A program made the position numbers and the translations under genes. From positions 17,975 to 81,974 of the forward strand of contig JBBRAY010000008.1 in assembly GCA_038206355.1 (NCBI GenBank): 64,000 bases of DNA, in the 5' to 3' direction. Shown in pieces: positions 30,984 to 40,761 of the stretch. Under the pieces are notes generated by a model, which saw nothing but the letters and a program-made list of their open reading frames with translations, had not been told where the DNA came from and searched no databases. The first letter of the stretch is position 1; each line of letters opens with the position of its first letter. The DNA comes from Bacteroidia bacterium. GTDB taxonomy: Bacteria > Bacteroidota > Bacteroidia > AKYH767-A > 2013-40CM-41-45.

Positions 30984-31127
30984 AGCTCCATAGGAGCGCC
31001 CTGTTTGTTAGCTCCATCGGAGCTTCCTGTTTGTAGCTCCATCGTTGCGTCCTGTTTGTAGCTCCATAGGAGCGCCCTGTTTGTTAGCTCCATAGGAGCG
31101 CCCTGTTTGTAGCACCGTAGGTGCGGC
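30984..31127. repeat. Tandem array of about 5.5 copies of a 25-26 bp palindrome-containing repeat AGCTCCATAGGAGCGCCCTGTTTGT(T)
   Basis: Units start at 30984, 31010, 31035, 31060 and 31086, with a degenerate sixth at 31111. Each carries GCTCC-N3-GGAGC. The last degenerate copy reads GCACCgtaGGTGC, a compensatory T>A/A>T pair. The array sits 10 bp after the kinase stop. Track ORFs 30724..31017 and 30797..31129 (minus) are repeat artefacts (iterated MELTNRALLWS). Confidence 0.8.
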
Positions 31128-31230
31128 ATGATAATTTTTGCCGTTCGTCAAAATCCCTTCTCAGCAAAGATTTGTTTTATATAGTTTTAGCGGAATATAT
31201 TCAAGCTCATGAGAATTTTAAAATTGATGA

Positions 31231-31983
31231 GAGCGGAACTTACAATGGTCCGGATTGGTTGGCGATGGATCTCTGTTTCATGGCGGAGAACAGATCCAAC
31301 AAACAAATGACAATGGTTATATCTTTTTCTGTGGTGGAGTCAATAACAACGGCATATGCAAAATTGACTCCGGCGGAAATTTTCTTTGGGCGAAATCCTT
31401 CAACGCAAATTATAATCTACATATGTATTCTCTTGTTCAAACAAGTGAAGGAGGAATCGCCTTTAGTGGAAATTTAACTGACACCATTGCCGGCAGTCAT
31501 GCTTTCATTGCAAAATTGGATTCAATGGGCGATGTGGAGTGGACTAAATATTACAATGATTCACTTTCCTGTTCAACAGGAGTATATACTTTAGTACAAA
31601 CATTCGATGGGGGATTTGCATTTTCCGGGTGGCATGACACACCATCCTACCAATCTTTAGCTTTGGTAAAAACAGATTCATTGGGGAACCCCACCTGCCC
31701 GGGCTCGGATATCCCGGGATTTCAATTTAATTTTATTGTCAGTGCCGACAGCCTGATTACCCTGAATTCTCAATTACTCTGGCTTCCGGATTCCACAGTA
31801 ATTTCTAATTTCAACAATCTTTCTTATTCCCAGGAGTCTTATTGTTTTGCGCCGATAAATACTACTATCGTTGAAACTAATTATGTACCACTTGTAATCT
31901 CCCCCAACCCTTTCCACTACTCCGCCACTATTTCTTCAAATGGTCAATTAGTTATTGGCAATGCACAAATAAATTGGTATTAA
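31231..31983 (+). pseudogene. Fragment or pseudogene of a T9SS-secreted beta-propeller-like protein (family of 49142..50674)
   Basis: Open frame from the stop at 31228 with no ATG or signal peptide. An overlapping second-frame ORF 31121..31477 is present. The KIDSGGNFLWAKSF, GGIAFSG and GGFAFSGW blocks parallel KMDEDGNFYWSKTY and FGFFLTGCY in the 49142 gene. Only the first 13 residues of a CTD (ISPNPFHYSATIS) remain before the stop. Confidence 0.5.
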
Positions 31984-32448
31984 CCTCAGGGCAATCCCGA
32001 TAACTATCGGGACTGAACCCAAATTTCCGGGGCAAGCCCCGGGCAATTAACCAAGCCTTCTCGTCCGCCGAAGCGGACGCGAAGGCGGATTAAAAATCTA
32101 CAACGCAATGGGCTCACTTGTCCGCGATGAACCCATATTAAATATTACCTCTTACACATTACATCGCGAAGGATTGAGCGATGGCTTGTATTTTTACGAG
32201 CTACGAACCAACGACTCCGGGTTGATCGGTAAGGGAAAATTTGTAATTGAATAATATAACCGTTGAATGAAAATGTGATTTATCTTTTCAAATTCCTTAT
32301 GGTTTTTATGAGCGATAATCATAATCATCATACAAAATTCGCGTCCCAATGGATCGGGACGGCAATTTCTGCTTTAAACCACCATACTCTCCCCCAGTTC
32401 CCAACTCAGCAACGGCATATTGCATACCTGACATAATTCGCACTTGGT

Positions 32449-33900
32449 TTAGGTGATCCAATGATCCCTTTCATTGTATGGAAATTTATTCACCTGACTT
32501 TTCAGTTTGAATTTTTGTTTCAATGCCAGCGTTCCCAATATCGGATTCGTGAAATAATATTTCAATGCCCGCAGCGGGCGCTTCATCAACTGCGTGCTCG
32601 CCCGGGGATAACGGGTAAGTAACCGGACGCAAACAATATCAAGATTTTTTTCCAGCGCATCTTCATGCAATACGTCAACATCAATACCGTAGCCAATCGT
32701 AAGCGCATCGCCACCCCATTCATTGTCGAGTGAATAATGTAACAGCACGCTTGACGTACGCACCAACAAAATAGCGTGTTCAGCAATTGCATCAGCGCGA
32801 TCCACAATAAATTCATTACCATCAAACTTTACATTGATAAAACTATTCTTCTTCGCATCGCGCAGCCGGATAGAAAAATTCACTTCCTCCAGTACACGGC
32901 GATGATACAATGTCCGGTTCTTGCCGAGGAAATATTTTATTTTTCCGACGAGAACATTTATCAAATCATCATCTGCATAAGCGATTTTATTCGCCTCGAT
33001 AATTTCTGAAGCATATACCTTATCAATGGTATGATGCAATGATCCGTCTTTCAACTGCGCATAATAAGGAGAAGCCGCATGGAAATTCAATTCTTCAAAA
33101 TAATCTCCCGGATACAACAAATGAAATCGGATGGTAGTTTCTTTTTCGTAATAGTTGTGATAATATTCTTCGAGCATTCCTCTCGGGAATTTCACATCAT
33201 TGATCCACCGTTTGTCGTCATTCAGAAGCACGAAGCCCGGTGCAAACGGAGCAACTGCTTTTGGCTGGAGGTATTGAATAAATTTACACAACTGGTTCCC
33301 GAAATATTGTTCCCGCATTTTTCCAATCTCAAAATCATCCTTGGAAGCGAAGTGAACCGTGTTCGGAAAATATCCGGCACCACTCCAACCACTCAGCAGC
33401 AAATCGATTTTAGGAAAATTTTTTCAGATCTCCTTTAAAAACATTTCTACCACCATGGCATGATGTGAGTTGAGCGCATCATTGATATTGACAACCACAA
33501 ATCCATTGCACTCAATCACGATCACACTTTCCAGTGCAAAACCTACATAAGTTATGGTTGTCGTAGCAGAGAGTCTGTATTTGTGAAAACTTATTGCCTC
33601 CGTAAGATTCCGGAATCCATGGTTGTCAAAAAAATCCTTCACGCCTGTTCTCCATTGATAGGGATAAAAAACCTGCGCATCTTTAGGAAGCTCCCCCAAA
33701 GATTCTTCATGCAGATGATCCTCATGCCCATGCGAGTACAAAATATTTTTGACTCCTTTAAGCATGGAATAATTCACAGGCTTTGGAAAAAGAAACCACT
33801 GATTCTGATAAGCCGAACCTTTTAGCCACGGGTCAATTACAATGGAAGTGTCGCCCGTGTCAATGTAAATGCAGGAATGACAGATGTATTCTATTTTCAT
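32449..33900 (-). pseudogene. MBL-fold metallo-hydrolase-like gene interrupted by an in-frame TGA at 33426..33424
   Basis: The upstream ORF 33424..33900 has HGHEDH (HxHxDH). The downstream ORF 32449..33402 is in the same frame. Read-through gives ...FLKEI*KNFPKIDLLLSGWSGAGYFPNTVHF..., placing the late His motif of the fold after the stop. No SECIS-like hairpin follows the UGA. Confidence 0.55.
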
Positions 33901-34208
33901 GGCAGTTGGTTTTGGTCCGCTGTTTCACTGATAATAGAGAACCTTCCACGCCTTGAATGGTCTGATCCACTCTTCCGTACAATTCCGGGTCAAAAAATCA
34001 TTTCGTAAAGGTTCATTGCCGTAATCCCAAACGTCGATACTCCATATTTATTTTATAAGAAGCTGAAGTTAAATCTGATACAATGCCCGTTTTTCAGTTT
34101 TCGCTTCAATTAATACATTTTCAAGCCATTAGACCTTTCATTTTCTTTTGCCCATTCACCTGATTTTCTTTTCTTTGCAACCCCAAAAATTTGAAAGGAG
34201 AAGACGGG

Positions 34209-34739
34209 ATGAATTATACAGACAAGTACAGGATTTCGTTCGGAAGTCTTGCAAAAGGCGAACACGAATTTGAGTTCGAAATTGACGATAAGTTCTTTGA
34301 GCACTTCGGAAATGTGCCCGTACAGCACGGCTTTCTTGATGTTCTGGTAACTCTTAGTAAACAGGAAACAATGCTCCTCCTCGATTTCACGATGGAGGGT
34401 ACTATAGAAACACTTTGCGACCGTTGTGGCGACCCGATGGAACTGGAATTGACGGGATTCAATGAATTAACCGTTAAATTCGGCCCTGAACCCAAAGAAG
34501 AAGCTGAAGACGTAATCGTGATTTCTCCAAAAGAACATGAACTGAATGTCGCACAGTTTATTTATGAATACCTCACTTTGCTGATTCCAATGAGAAACAT
34601 TCATGAAGAAGATGAAAACGGCGAGAGTATCTGCAACCTCGAAACGTTGAAAAAACTTGACGAGTTGCGGCATCATGAGGAGGAAGAAAAAGAAGTTGAT
34701 CCGAGATGGGATGTGTTGAAGAAGATAAATCTGAATTGA
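34209..34739 (+). CDS. yceD: YceD/DUF177 family protein
   Basis: KYRISFGSLAKGEHEFEFEIDDKFFEHF...CDRCGDPMELEL... and an acidic tail; it lies upstream of rpmF-plsX-fabH as expected. Confidence 0.75.
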   Translation: MNYTDKYRISFGSLAKGEHEFEFEIDDKFFEHFGNVPVQHGFLDVLVTLSKQETMLLLDFTMEGTIETLCDRCGDPMELELTGFNELTVKFGPEPKEEAEDVIVISPKEHELNVAQFIYEYLTLLIPMRNIHEEDENGESICNLETLKKLDELRHHEEEEKEVDPRWDVLKKINLN

Positions 34740-34908
34740 TTAACCTATAGACAAGAAACAATAGACAGTAGACTATAAGTAAATAACTTCATTCAAACCA
34801 CTTGCCTGGTGTGATGGCGCCCTTTAGGGTTAGGAGTGCACGTGGCAATGGGAAGTAGACAATAGACATTAGACAAAATTTAAACGTTCATAATAATAAT
34901 AATAGACA

Positions 34909-35097
34909 ATGCCAAATCCAAAACATAAACACTCGAAAGCGAGAACAGGCAGCCGCAGGTCAACGTACAAAGCGACAGTACCTACAGTAGCTACTGACAC
35001 CACGACAGGTCAACCACACCTTTATCATCGCGCACATTGGTTCGAAGGAAAACTTTACTACAAGGGAAAAGTAGTAATGGAAAAAGAAGCAAGCTGA
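34909..35097 (+). CDS. rpmF: 50S ribosomal protein L32
   Basis: [22 protein letters not shown], 62 aa. Confidence 0.8.
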   Translation: MPNPKHKHSKARTGSRRSTYKATVPTVATDTTTGQPHLYHRAHWFEGKLYYKGKVVMEKEAS

Positions 35098-35103
35098 TTT
35101 TAA

Positions 35104-35130
35104 AATCGTTTTTGTAACGATTCTTTTTTC
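35104..35130 (+). terminator. Hairpin plus T-tract between rpmF and plsX (terminator or attenuator)
   Basis: AATCGTT tttgt AACGATT followed by CTTTTTTC. Confidence 0.45.
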
Positions 35131-35158
35131 AATTAACGGATAACTTTGATAATCAAAA

Positions 35159-36115
35159 ATGCTGCGACTCGGAATTGACATCATGGGAGGCGACTATGCA
35201 CCACGCGAAACAACGCTGGGTGCTGTACTTGCATACCATGAGCTTCCAAAAGATGTTAAGCTTTTTCTTATCGGCAACAAAGTGCAGATACTTCCCATCC
35301 TGAAAGAGCAGAATATTTCAGAAAGTGTTTTTGAATTCGTTGAAACCACTGACGTGATTGAGATGAGCGAACATCCGACCAAATCATTTCAGCAAAAACC
35401 GAAATCAAGTCTTGCATTGGGCTTTCACCTTTTGAAAGAAGGAAAGATTGATGCTTTCTCCTCAGCAGGTAATACAGGTGCTATGCTTGTCGGTTCCATG
35501 TTTACCGTTAAACCGATTCCGGGAATTTTACGCCCTGCCATTGCAACCCTCCTCCCCAAAGTATCCGGCGGTTGGGGCTTACTGCTCGATGTAGGCGTGA
35601 ATGCAGATTGCAAACCGGAAACATTACAGCAGTTTGCTTTACTCGGAACGATTTACGCCAAACACATTCTTCACATCGCCAATCCAAAAGTTGCATTGAT
35701 GAGCATTGGTGAAGAAGAAGAAAAAGGAAACCTGCTCACCAAAGAAACTCACCAGCTTCTAAAGGATACACGCGACATTAATTTCCTCGGAAACGTAGAG
35801 GGCCGCGACCTGTTCAATGACAAAGCCGATGTAATTGTATGCGATGGATTCACCGGAAATGTTATGCTAAAAGAAGCTGAATCTTTTTACGGCATCATCA
35901 AAAAACAAAAAATTCAAAACGAGTATTTCGACCGGTTTAATTACGAAGACTATGGCGGCACGCCGATCCTGGGAATCAATGGAACAGTCATCATTGCCCA
36001 TGGCATCAGCAAAGCAAAAGCCATTAAGAATATGATTCTGAATTCGCACGAATGTGCTCAGGTAAAACTGTCAGAAAAAATTGCTGTTGCATTCAGTAAA
36101 GAAGCCGTTTCCTGA
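35159..36115 (+). CDS. plsX: Phosphate acyltransferase PlsX
   Basis: LGIDIMGGDYAP...CDGFTGNVMLK. Confidence 0.9.
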   Translation: MLRLGIDIMGGDYAPRETTLGAVLAYHELPKDVKLFLIGNKVQILPILKEQNISESVFEFVETTDVIEMSEHPTKSFQQKPKSSLALGFHLLKEGKIDAFSSAGNTGAMLVGSMFTVKPIPGILRPAIATLLPKVSGGWGLLLDVGVNADCKPETLQQFALLGTIYAKHILHIANPKVALMSIGEEEEKGNLLTKETHQLLKDTRDINFLGNVEGRDLFNDKADVIVCDGFTGNVMLKEAESFYGIIKKQKIQNEYFDRFNYEDYGGTPILGINGTVIIAHGISKAKAIKNMILNSHECAQVKLSEKIAVAFSKEAVS

Positions 36116-36411
36116 CCTCTTTTTTTCCGGATTATTTATAGATTCATTACTCCCTTAAATAATCCAAATCCCGCATTTTTCCTCCTGAATCACTTATCCT
36201 TGAATTTATTGCAGTTATACCACTCACACAGGGATTTCCGAAACATGTCGAAAATCTTCTGAGTGGTGTATCCCGATAGCATTCGAAAAATGATTTGTAA
36301 TCGGGATAATCATGATTTGCAATCCGGCGAACTGTGCGCATTGATTGAATTTTTTCATCCTTTAGCATGCTTTTAAAAAAATCATGTAGGTTTGTCGTTC
36401 AACATTTATAG

Positions 36412-37404
36412 ATGAGCCAAAAAATAACCGCTGCCATTACCGCTATCGGAGGATTTGTTCCTGAGTTCCGTTTAACAAACCAGATCCTTGAAACAATGGT
36501 GGATACAAAAGATGAATGGATCGTTTCGCGCACCGGAATTAAGGAGCGGCGAATCCTGAAAGGCGAAGGATTAGGCACCAGCGATATGGCTGCGCCTGCT
36601 GTGTTGGAACTTTGTAAAAAACGCGGTATAGATCCGTCTGAAATTGACATGTTGCTTTGTGCGACTACCACACCTGACTTTGTTTTTCCCGCTACGGCAA
36701 ATATTATCACTGATAAAATCGGTGCGAAGAATGCTTTTGGATACGACATCCAGGCTGCCTGCTCAGGCTTCATTTATGCATTGGTTACAGGATCAAAATT
36801 TATTGAAAGCGGACAGTACAAAAAAGTCGTAATCGTAGGCGCTGATAAAATGAGCAGCATCATTGATTACACCGACCGCGCTACTTGTATTATTTTTGGT
36901 GACGGAGCGGGCGCCGTATTACTGGAACCCAACACAGATGGACTGGGAATTCTTGATTCTATACTAAGAAGCGACGGCAGCGGAAGGGTTTATCTTCATC
37001 AGAAAGCAGGAGGTTCCGTAAAGCCGGCTTCACACAAAACAGTTGACGAGAAAGAACATTTTGTTTTCCAGGACGGTCAGCCTGTTTTCAAATTTGCTGT
37101 GAAAGGAATGGCTGATGTAAGTGCAGAAATTATGGAACGCAATAACCTGAAAGCCGAAGATGTTTCCTGGCTCGTACCTCATCAGGCTAACAAGCGGATC
37201 ATTGATGCAACAGCAAGACGAATGGGTGTTGGTGAAGAAAAAATAATGATGACCATTCAGAAATTCGGGAATACCACTAGTGGCACCATTCCACTTTGTC
37301 TTTGGGATTATGAGAAGCAACTAAATAAAGGAGACAACCTTGTGCTCGCTGCTTTTGGCGGCGGATTCACCTGGGGAAGTATCTGGTTGAAATGGGCGTA
37401 TTGA
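36412..37404 (+). CDS. fabH: 3-oxoacyl-ACP synthase III
   Basis: [10 protein letters not shown] (active Cys), HQANKRI and GNTTSGTIP. Confidence 0.9.
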   Translation: MSQKITAAITAIGGFVPEFRLTNQILETMVDTKDEWIVSRTGIKERRILKGEGLGTSDMAAPAVLELCKKRGIDPSEIDMLLCATTTPDFVFPATANIITDKIGAKNAFGYDIQAACSGFIYALVTGSKFIESGQYKKVVIVGADKMSSIIDYTDRATCIIFGDGAGAVLLEPNTDGLGILDSILRSDGSGRVYLHQKAGGSVKPASHKTVDEKEHFVFQDGQPVFKFAVKGMADVSAEIMERNNLKAEDVSWLVPHQANKRIIDATARRMGVGEEKIMMTIQKFGNTTSGTIPLCLWDYEKQLNKGDNLVLAAFGGGFTWGSIWLKWAY

Positions 37405-37451
37405 GAAACGGGAGGCAAGAACCAAAACATTAGACGCAAGAAAATAAAGCA

Positions 37452-39392
37452 CTACTTCATTTTTCGTTGTTCGATCATACGTTGAGTAGTTTGAATTGAC
37501 GCTTGTAGAAATATTTTCATCGAATCAGCCAACCCGGTTTTTTCAATAACAGCAAGCCCTTTTTTATCAGCAGAGATTTTATAATACAATTCCCTGTCAT
37601 GGCCCATCACGAAAATATATTCAGGGCTTACACAAAGTAATTCTTCATCATAATTAAACGGAAAATAATTCCTGTTAGAATTCATCAGATCTACTCCCAT
37701 TGAATTATTGGTGTAAGAGATATTCAGCAGTCCGCATACCGTTGCATAAATATCGGCCTGACCTCCTACTGAATTTATTATCTCAGGTGCATTAAAAATT
37801 TTCGGTGCATATATGATCAGCGGCAAATGATGAAAGGCAAGGTAATGGTCAAATCCCTCCGTAAGCCCTCCGTGGTCACCGGTAAAAACAAAAATAGTTG
37901 AATCGAACCAGGGACGAGATGATGCTTCCTTCAAAAACTCTCCAATAGACCAGTCAGCATACTCCACCATTTGATCTTCCAGGCTATTTGAATGTGTATT
38001 CAGCGTAATATTTTCAGGAAGAACAAAGGGCTCATGGTTACTGCCGGTAATCATCGCCGCAAAAAAAGGTTGAGCTGCTTGCTCATCCAACTCTGATATC
38101 ACACGTTCAAACATGATATGGTCAGGAACTCCCAATGTACTGAGCACATACTCCCTGGGATAATCTTTTTCGGAGATTATTTTTTCAAATCCATTGGGTA
38201 GAAGAAACCCGGCCATGTTATCAAACTGGTCATCATGCGTTGTAAAAAATGTAGTGCTGTAACCCAGTGAATGCAACGTACCGGGAAGTCCGGTATACGG
38301 TTGCTGATGCGCAAGGTCCTTCATCTGATGAACCATTGGCAAAGAATGAAATCCATAAAGTGAAGAATAGATACCATTGAATGTATGATTGCCATCAGAA
38401 TAAAAATTGTTGAATGAAACTGAATTATCAAACAGGCTATCAAGCACAGGAGTCAGGTTACCGGCGTTTCCGAAGTGAGACATATTTTTCGCACTCATGC
38501 TTTCCATCAGCACAACGACCACATTGTAATGATTTGGATTTCCTGAAGCAACAATCTTTCTTGCAATAGGTGAAACCGTTTCGTCATGGCTCACTATTCC
38601 AAGATTCTGCCTGACTATTTTTTCTGCTTCACCATCTTCCATAAAGTTGTAACGCACATCCTTGTTAGCTTTCTTATCAAGCCAGCTTCGAATCAAGGTA
38701 TAAACAGGATTCAATCCCAGTTGATTTGTAAAATTGTATGGGCTGAAAAATGCCGTTCCCCACCTGATGGGTGATTTAACAGCAATACGGCCACGGATTC
38801 CTGCAAACATCAGTAAAAGCAAAATCATATAAACGGCAACACTTTGATGGGTGCCTATTACATCTGCTCTACCCGAAAATGAAATTGCTTGAAACTTCTT
38901 AATCAGTTTATAGAAAAGAAAAATTAAGAGAAAAAACATAATCAGGAAAGGGTAATTTGAAATGTCCTGAAAAATAAATTTCAGCATCCACCCCGGCGTA
39001 TCTGTCCACTGAAGAATTGAAATGGTTAACCGCGAAGCACCATGACCAAACCAACGAATGTCGGCAATGTGTGCAAAAAAAGAAATGGTATAAACGATTA
39101 CGATAAATGCAGAAATAACCCCTGAAACTTTTGCAGTTCTAACCCTAAACAATGACAATAAAAAAAATATTACTGCAGGAAGAATAAGCAGATAGCCGTT
39201 GATAACTGCATCAAACCGCAAACCCATCAGCAGCGATTGAAAAATAACAGATAACGGAATATCCTTTAGCTCATTCGTATGAAGAAATAAAAGCAGTATC
39301 CGGAAGCTGAAAAATACGAGCATGCCGGTAGCATAAACAAGAATGATAAACTGAATGGGAGCAGGAAGTTTTTTCAGCAGCTTATTCATCAA
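37452..39392 (-). CDS. LTA-synthase/sulfatase-family membrane protein (alkaline phosphatase superfamily)
   Basis: Five N-terminal TM helices, then VVVVLMESMSAKNMSHFGN and TGDHGG sulfatase-type motifs. Its start overlaps the ridA stop in ATGA. Confidence 0.7.
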   Translation of the reverse strand: MMNKLLKKLPAPIQFIILVYATGMLVFFSFRILLLFLHTNELKDIPLSVIFQSLLMGLRFDAVINGYLLILPAVIFFLLSLFRVRTAKVSGVISAFIVIVYTISFFAHIADIRWFGHGASRLTISILQWTDTPGWMLKFIFQDISNYPFLIMFFLLIFLFYKLIKKFQAISFSGRADVIGTHQSVAVYMILLLLMFAGIRGRIAVKSPIRWGTAFFSPYNFTNQLGLNPVYTLIRSWLDKKANKDVRYNFMEDGEAEKIVRQNLGIVSHDETVSPIARKIVASGNPNHYNVVVVLMESMSAKNMSHFGNAGNLTPVLDSLFDNSVSFNNFYSDGNHTFNGIYSSLYGFHSLPMVHQMKDLAHQQPYTGLPGTLHSLGYSTTFFTTHDDQFDNMAGFLLPNGFEKIISEKDYPREYVLSTLGVPDHIMFERVISELDEQAAQPFFAAMITGSNHEPFVLPENITLNTHSNSLEDQMVEYADWSIGEFLKEASSRPWFDSTIFVFTGDHGGLTEGFDHYLAFHHLPLIIYAPKIFNAPEIINSVGGQADIYATVCGLLNISYTNNSMGVDLMNSNRNYFPFNYDEELLCVSPEYIFVMGHDRELYYKISADKKGLAVIEKTGLADSMKIFLQASIQTTQRMIEQRKMK

Positions 39393-39820
39393 ACAGTGGC
39401 GATAACTTTCAACTCAATTGCAATTGGCGTTGGAAGGCAATTGATTTCAACAGTAGTGCGGCAGGGAGGATTATTTTTGAAATATTCAGCCCATAGCTTA
39501 TTGTACTTCGGAAAATCGTCTTTCATGTTAGTGAGAAAAACAGTAACATCAACGATCTTATCCCACGATGATCCGGCATCTTCTAAAATAAGCCTTACAT
39601 TTTTGAAAACAGAATGACATTGCGCTTCAATATCGTAAGAAGAAATTTTTCCGTCGCCATCCAGTTCAACTCCGGGAATTTTTTTTGTACCTCTCTCCCT
39701 TGGCCCCACTCCTGAAAGAAACAACATATTGCCAACCCGCCTTGCATGTGGATATAAACCAACGGGCTCGGGTGCTTTTTCTGAATGAATTCCTTTGGAT
39801 GGATTGCTTGCGTCTGACAT
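39389..39820 (-). CDS. ridA: RidA/YjgF family reactive-intermediate deaminase
   Basis: LFLSGVGP...VFLTNMKDDFPKYNKLWAEYF...PCRTTVEINCLP. Confidence 0.8.
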   Translation of the reverse strand: MSDASNPSKGIHSEKAPEPVGLYPHARRVGNMLFLSGVGPRERGTKKIPGVELDGDGKISSYDIEAQCHSVFKNVRLILEDAGSSWDKIVDVTVFLTNMKDDFPKYNKLWAEYFKNNPPCRTTVEINCLPTPIAIELKVIATV

Positions 39821-39879
39821 GATCTGAAATTGGTTTACGAATATCGAAATAAAAAATTATCCCATCAGCATAACTGTAT

Positions 39880-40761
39880 TCAGTTAAATTTATTGAGTAT
39901 TGAAACAACCTGCTCCATATACCCTCCACCAAATAAATTCACATGAACCATCAATGGATATAGGTTGTGGATATCAATCCGCGTTTCAAACCCCTCCTTA
40001 ATCGGGAAGTGTTCCTCGTAAGCTTTATAAAATTCAGCATCAAATCCACCAAATAATTTAGTCATGGCAAGATCCATTTCCCGATGACCATAGTAAACTG
40101 CAGGATCAATAAGCATAGCGCCGCCCGTTTTATTTACGAGAAAATTACCATTCCATAAATCACCATGCAACAAGGCAGGTTTTTCCTCAGGAATAATTTC
40201 TCCCAGTTTTAAATATAGATTTTGAAATTGATTCATTATAGCGTTGCTGATTAATCCATTATCCCTTGCAACTCGGATCTGTGGCTCCAGGCGTTCCTGA
40301 ATGAAAAAATCAACCCATCTTTCATAATTTAAATTAGATTGCGCAAGCGAACCGATGTAATTATTTCGCTTCAGTCCGAATTTAACATTGCTGCATTTAT
40401 GCATCTCAGCTACCAACTTTCCGAAATCCGGCCAGAAATTAATTCCACGCGTTCCAGGCTCAATCCATTCCAGCAAAAGAAATGAAATCTCGTTTGCCTC
40501 GCCGACTGCAATAACGAGTGGAACAGATCCGTCAACTGCCTTCTCCATCAGATGCAATCCCTCCGCTTCAACAATAAACATTTCCGGATAACGGCTTGCG
40601 TTATTGAATTTCAAAAAATATTTTCCTGAATCTGTATTTAAACAATAACAATCATTAATACAACCTCCTGAAACATTGCCCGCTGAAATAACCGAACAAT
40701 TTTTACCTAAATACCCCCCCAGTATGAGTTCAACTTCTGCCTTTACAAAGCCGGGTATCAT
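39880..40761 (-). CDS. Fructosamine/ketosamine-3-kinase family protein
   Basis: ALLHGDLWNGNF, the FN3K/APH catalytic-loop region. It overlaps the upstream methyltransferase in ATGA. Confidence 0.7.
   Translation of the reverse strand: MIPGFVKAEVELILGGYLGKNCSVISAGNVSGGCINDCYCLNTDSGKYFLKFNNASRYPEMFIVEAEGLHLMEKAVDGSVPLVIAVGEANEISFLLLEWIEPGTRGINFWPDFGKLVAEMHKCSNVKFGLKRNNYIGSLAQSNLNYERWVDFFIQERLEPQIRVARDNGLISNAIMNQFQNLYLKLGEIIPEEKPALLHGDLWNGNFLVNKTGGAMLIDPAVYYGHREMDLAMTKLFGGFDAEFYKAYEEHFPIKEGFETRIDIHNLYPLMVHVNLFGGGYMEQVVSILNKFN

Noticed and set aside
30984-31127. CRISPR array
   Set aside because: The repeats are directly adjacent with no unique spacers, the unit is 25-26 bp with no 30-40 bp spacer periodicity, and no cas genes are nearby.
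30724-31129. Minus-strand ORFs 30724..31017 and 30797..31129 with iterated MELTNRALLWS
   Set aside because: They are produced by translating the tandem DNA repeat. There is no start context, and the periodicity equals the DNA repeat.
32000-32130. tRNA or other structured RNA in the hairpin cluster TCCCGATAacTATCGGGA / CCGGGGcaagCCCCGG / CGTCCGCcgaaGCGGACG
   Set aside because: No T-loop (GTTCRA) or cloverleaf spacing. The hairpins match the REP-like palindrome class seen elsewhere, so they were treated as REP elements.
33424-33426. Selenocysteine (UGA recoding) in the MBL-fold gene
   Set aside because: No SECIS-like hairpin within 50 nt downstream, and TGA is used as a normal terminator by other genes in the window. 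A nonsense mutation or error is more likely.
36147-36368. 73-aa minus-strand ORF in the plsX-fabH spacer
   Set aside because: It overlaps the REP-like palindrome TATCCCGAT...ATCGGGATA, has no homology signal, and is more likely a non-coding spacer.
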